DNA of 18,393 nucleotides from a virus: UHGV virus genome UHGV-1280364; one strand, 5' to 3'. Shown piece by piece: positions 18,260 to 18,393 of this stretch (position 1 is its first letter; each line of letters starts with the position of its first letter). The notes under the pieces were generated by a model. It saw only the letters and a program-made list of their open reading frames with translations, ran no database searches and was not told where the DNA came from. The position numbers and the translations under genes were made by a program.

Positions 18260-18393
18260 TCAGGTTGAGGACTCTTTCGCGCCTTCAATCAGTGACTGCT
18301 TCAGCAATTCGAGTGTGCCAATCGCCTCACATACACTGATTTCACCATAATCATGGATGACGCTTTCCAGCCTCTCGTATAGCTCTTGAGTAA
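18260..18393 (-). CDS. C-terminal end of an upstream phage gene (partial; continues beyond right edge)
   Basis: Open frame on the minus strand ending at the stop 18260-18262 (...QELYERLESVIHDYGEISVCEAIGTLELLKQSLIEGAKESST*), 23 nt upstream of the small-terminase start. Confidence 0.5.
   Translation of the reverse strand, partial: TQELYERLESVIHDYGEISVCEAIGTLELLKQSLIEGAKESST

Noticed and set aside
1-18393. tRNA genes, integrase or attachment sites, IS elements
   Set aside because: No cloverleaf-like tRNA sequence, recombinase ORF or terminal inverted repeats with a transposase were found; the window appears internal to the prophage.

Overview
The window is almost entirely a P22/Sf6-like (Lederbergvirus-type) prophage late region on the minus strand, plus an AT-richer accessory island at the left end. 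Reading right to left on the minus strand: the C-terminal end of an upstream gene, terminase small subunit (Sf6 gp1-like), terminase large subunit, portal, scaffold, coat, gp4-like, gp10-like, tail needle (gp26-like), a gp14-position protein, three ejection proteins (gp7/gp20/gp16-like), then the accessory island, and finally the tailspike N-terminus running off the left edge. The island (about 240-3730) holds a P22-type immI module (ant, arc, mnt) with exact Arc and Mnt operator sequences. It also holds cargo I could not place in any described system: an 89-aa membrane protein gene wedged between arc and ant, and a plus-strand cluster downstream of mnt made of a 199-aa acidic protein, a YafO-like toxin candidate and a 109-aa membrane/coiled-coil protein. 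That cluster sits where P22 carries sieA and is my best candidate for an undescribed lysogen-expressed toxin-antitoxin or exclusion module. Three perfect or near-perfect tandem duplications are present (200 bp at the ORF A/B junction, 290 bp at the portal/terminase junction, 347 bp inside the large terminase gene). The 347-bp one frameshifts the terminase, so either the prophage is defective or the duplications are assembly artefacts. All protein identifications rest on recalled family sequences and synteny, not on database searches.
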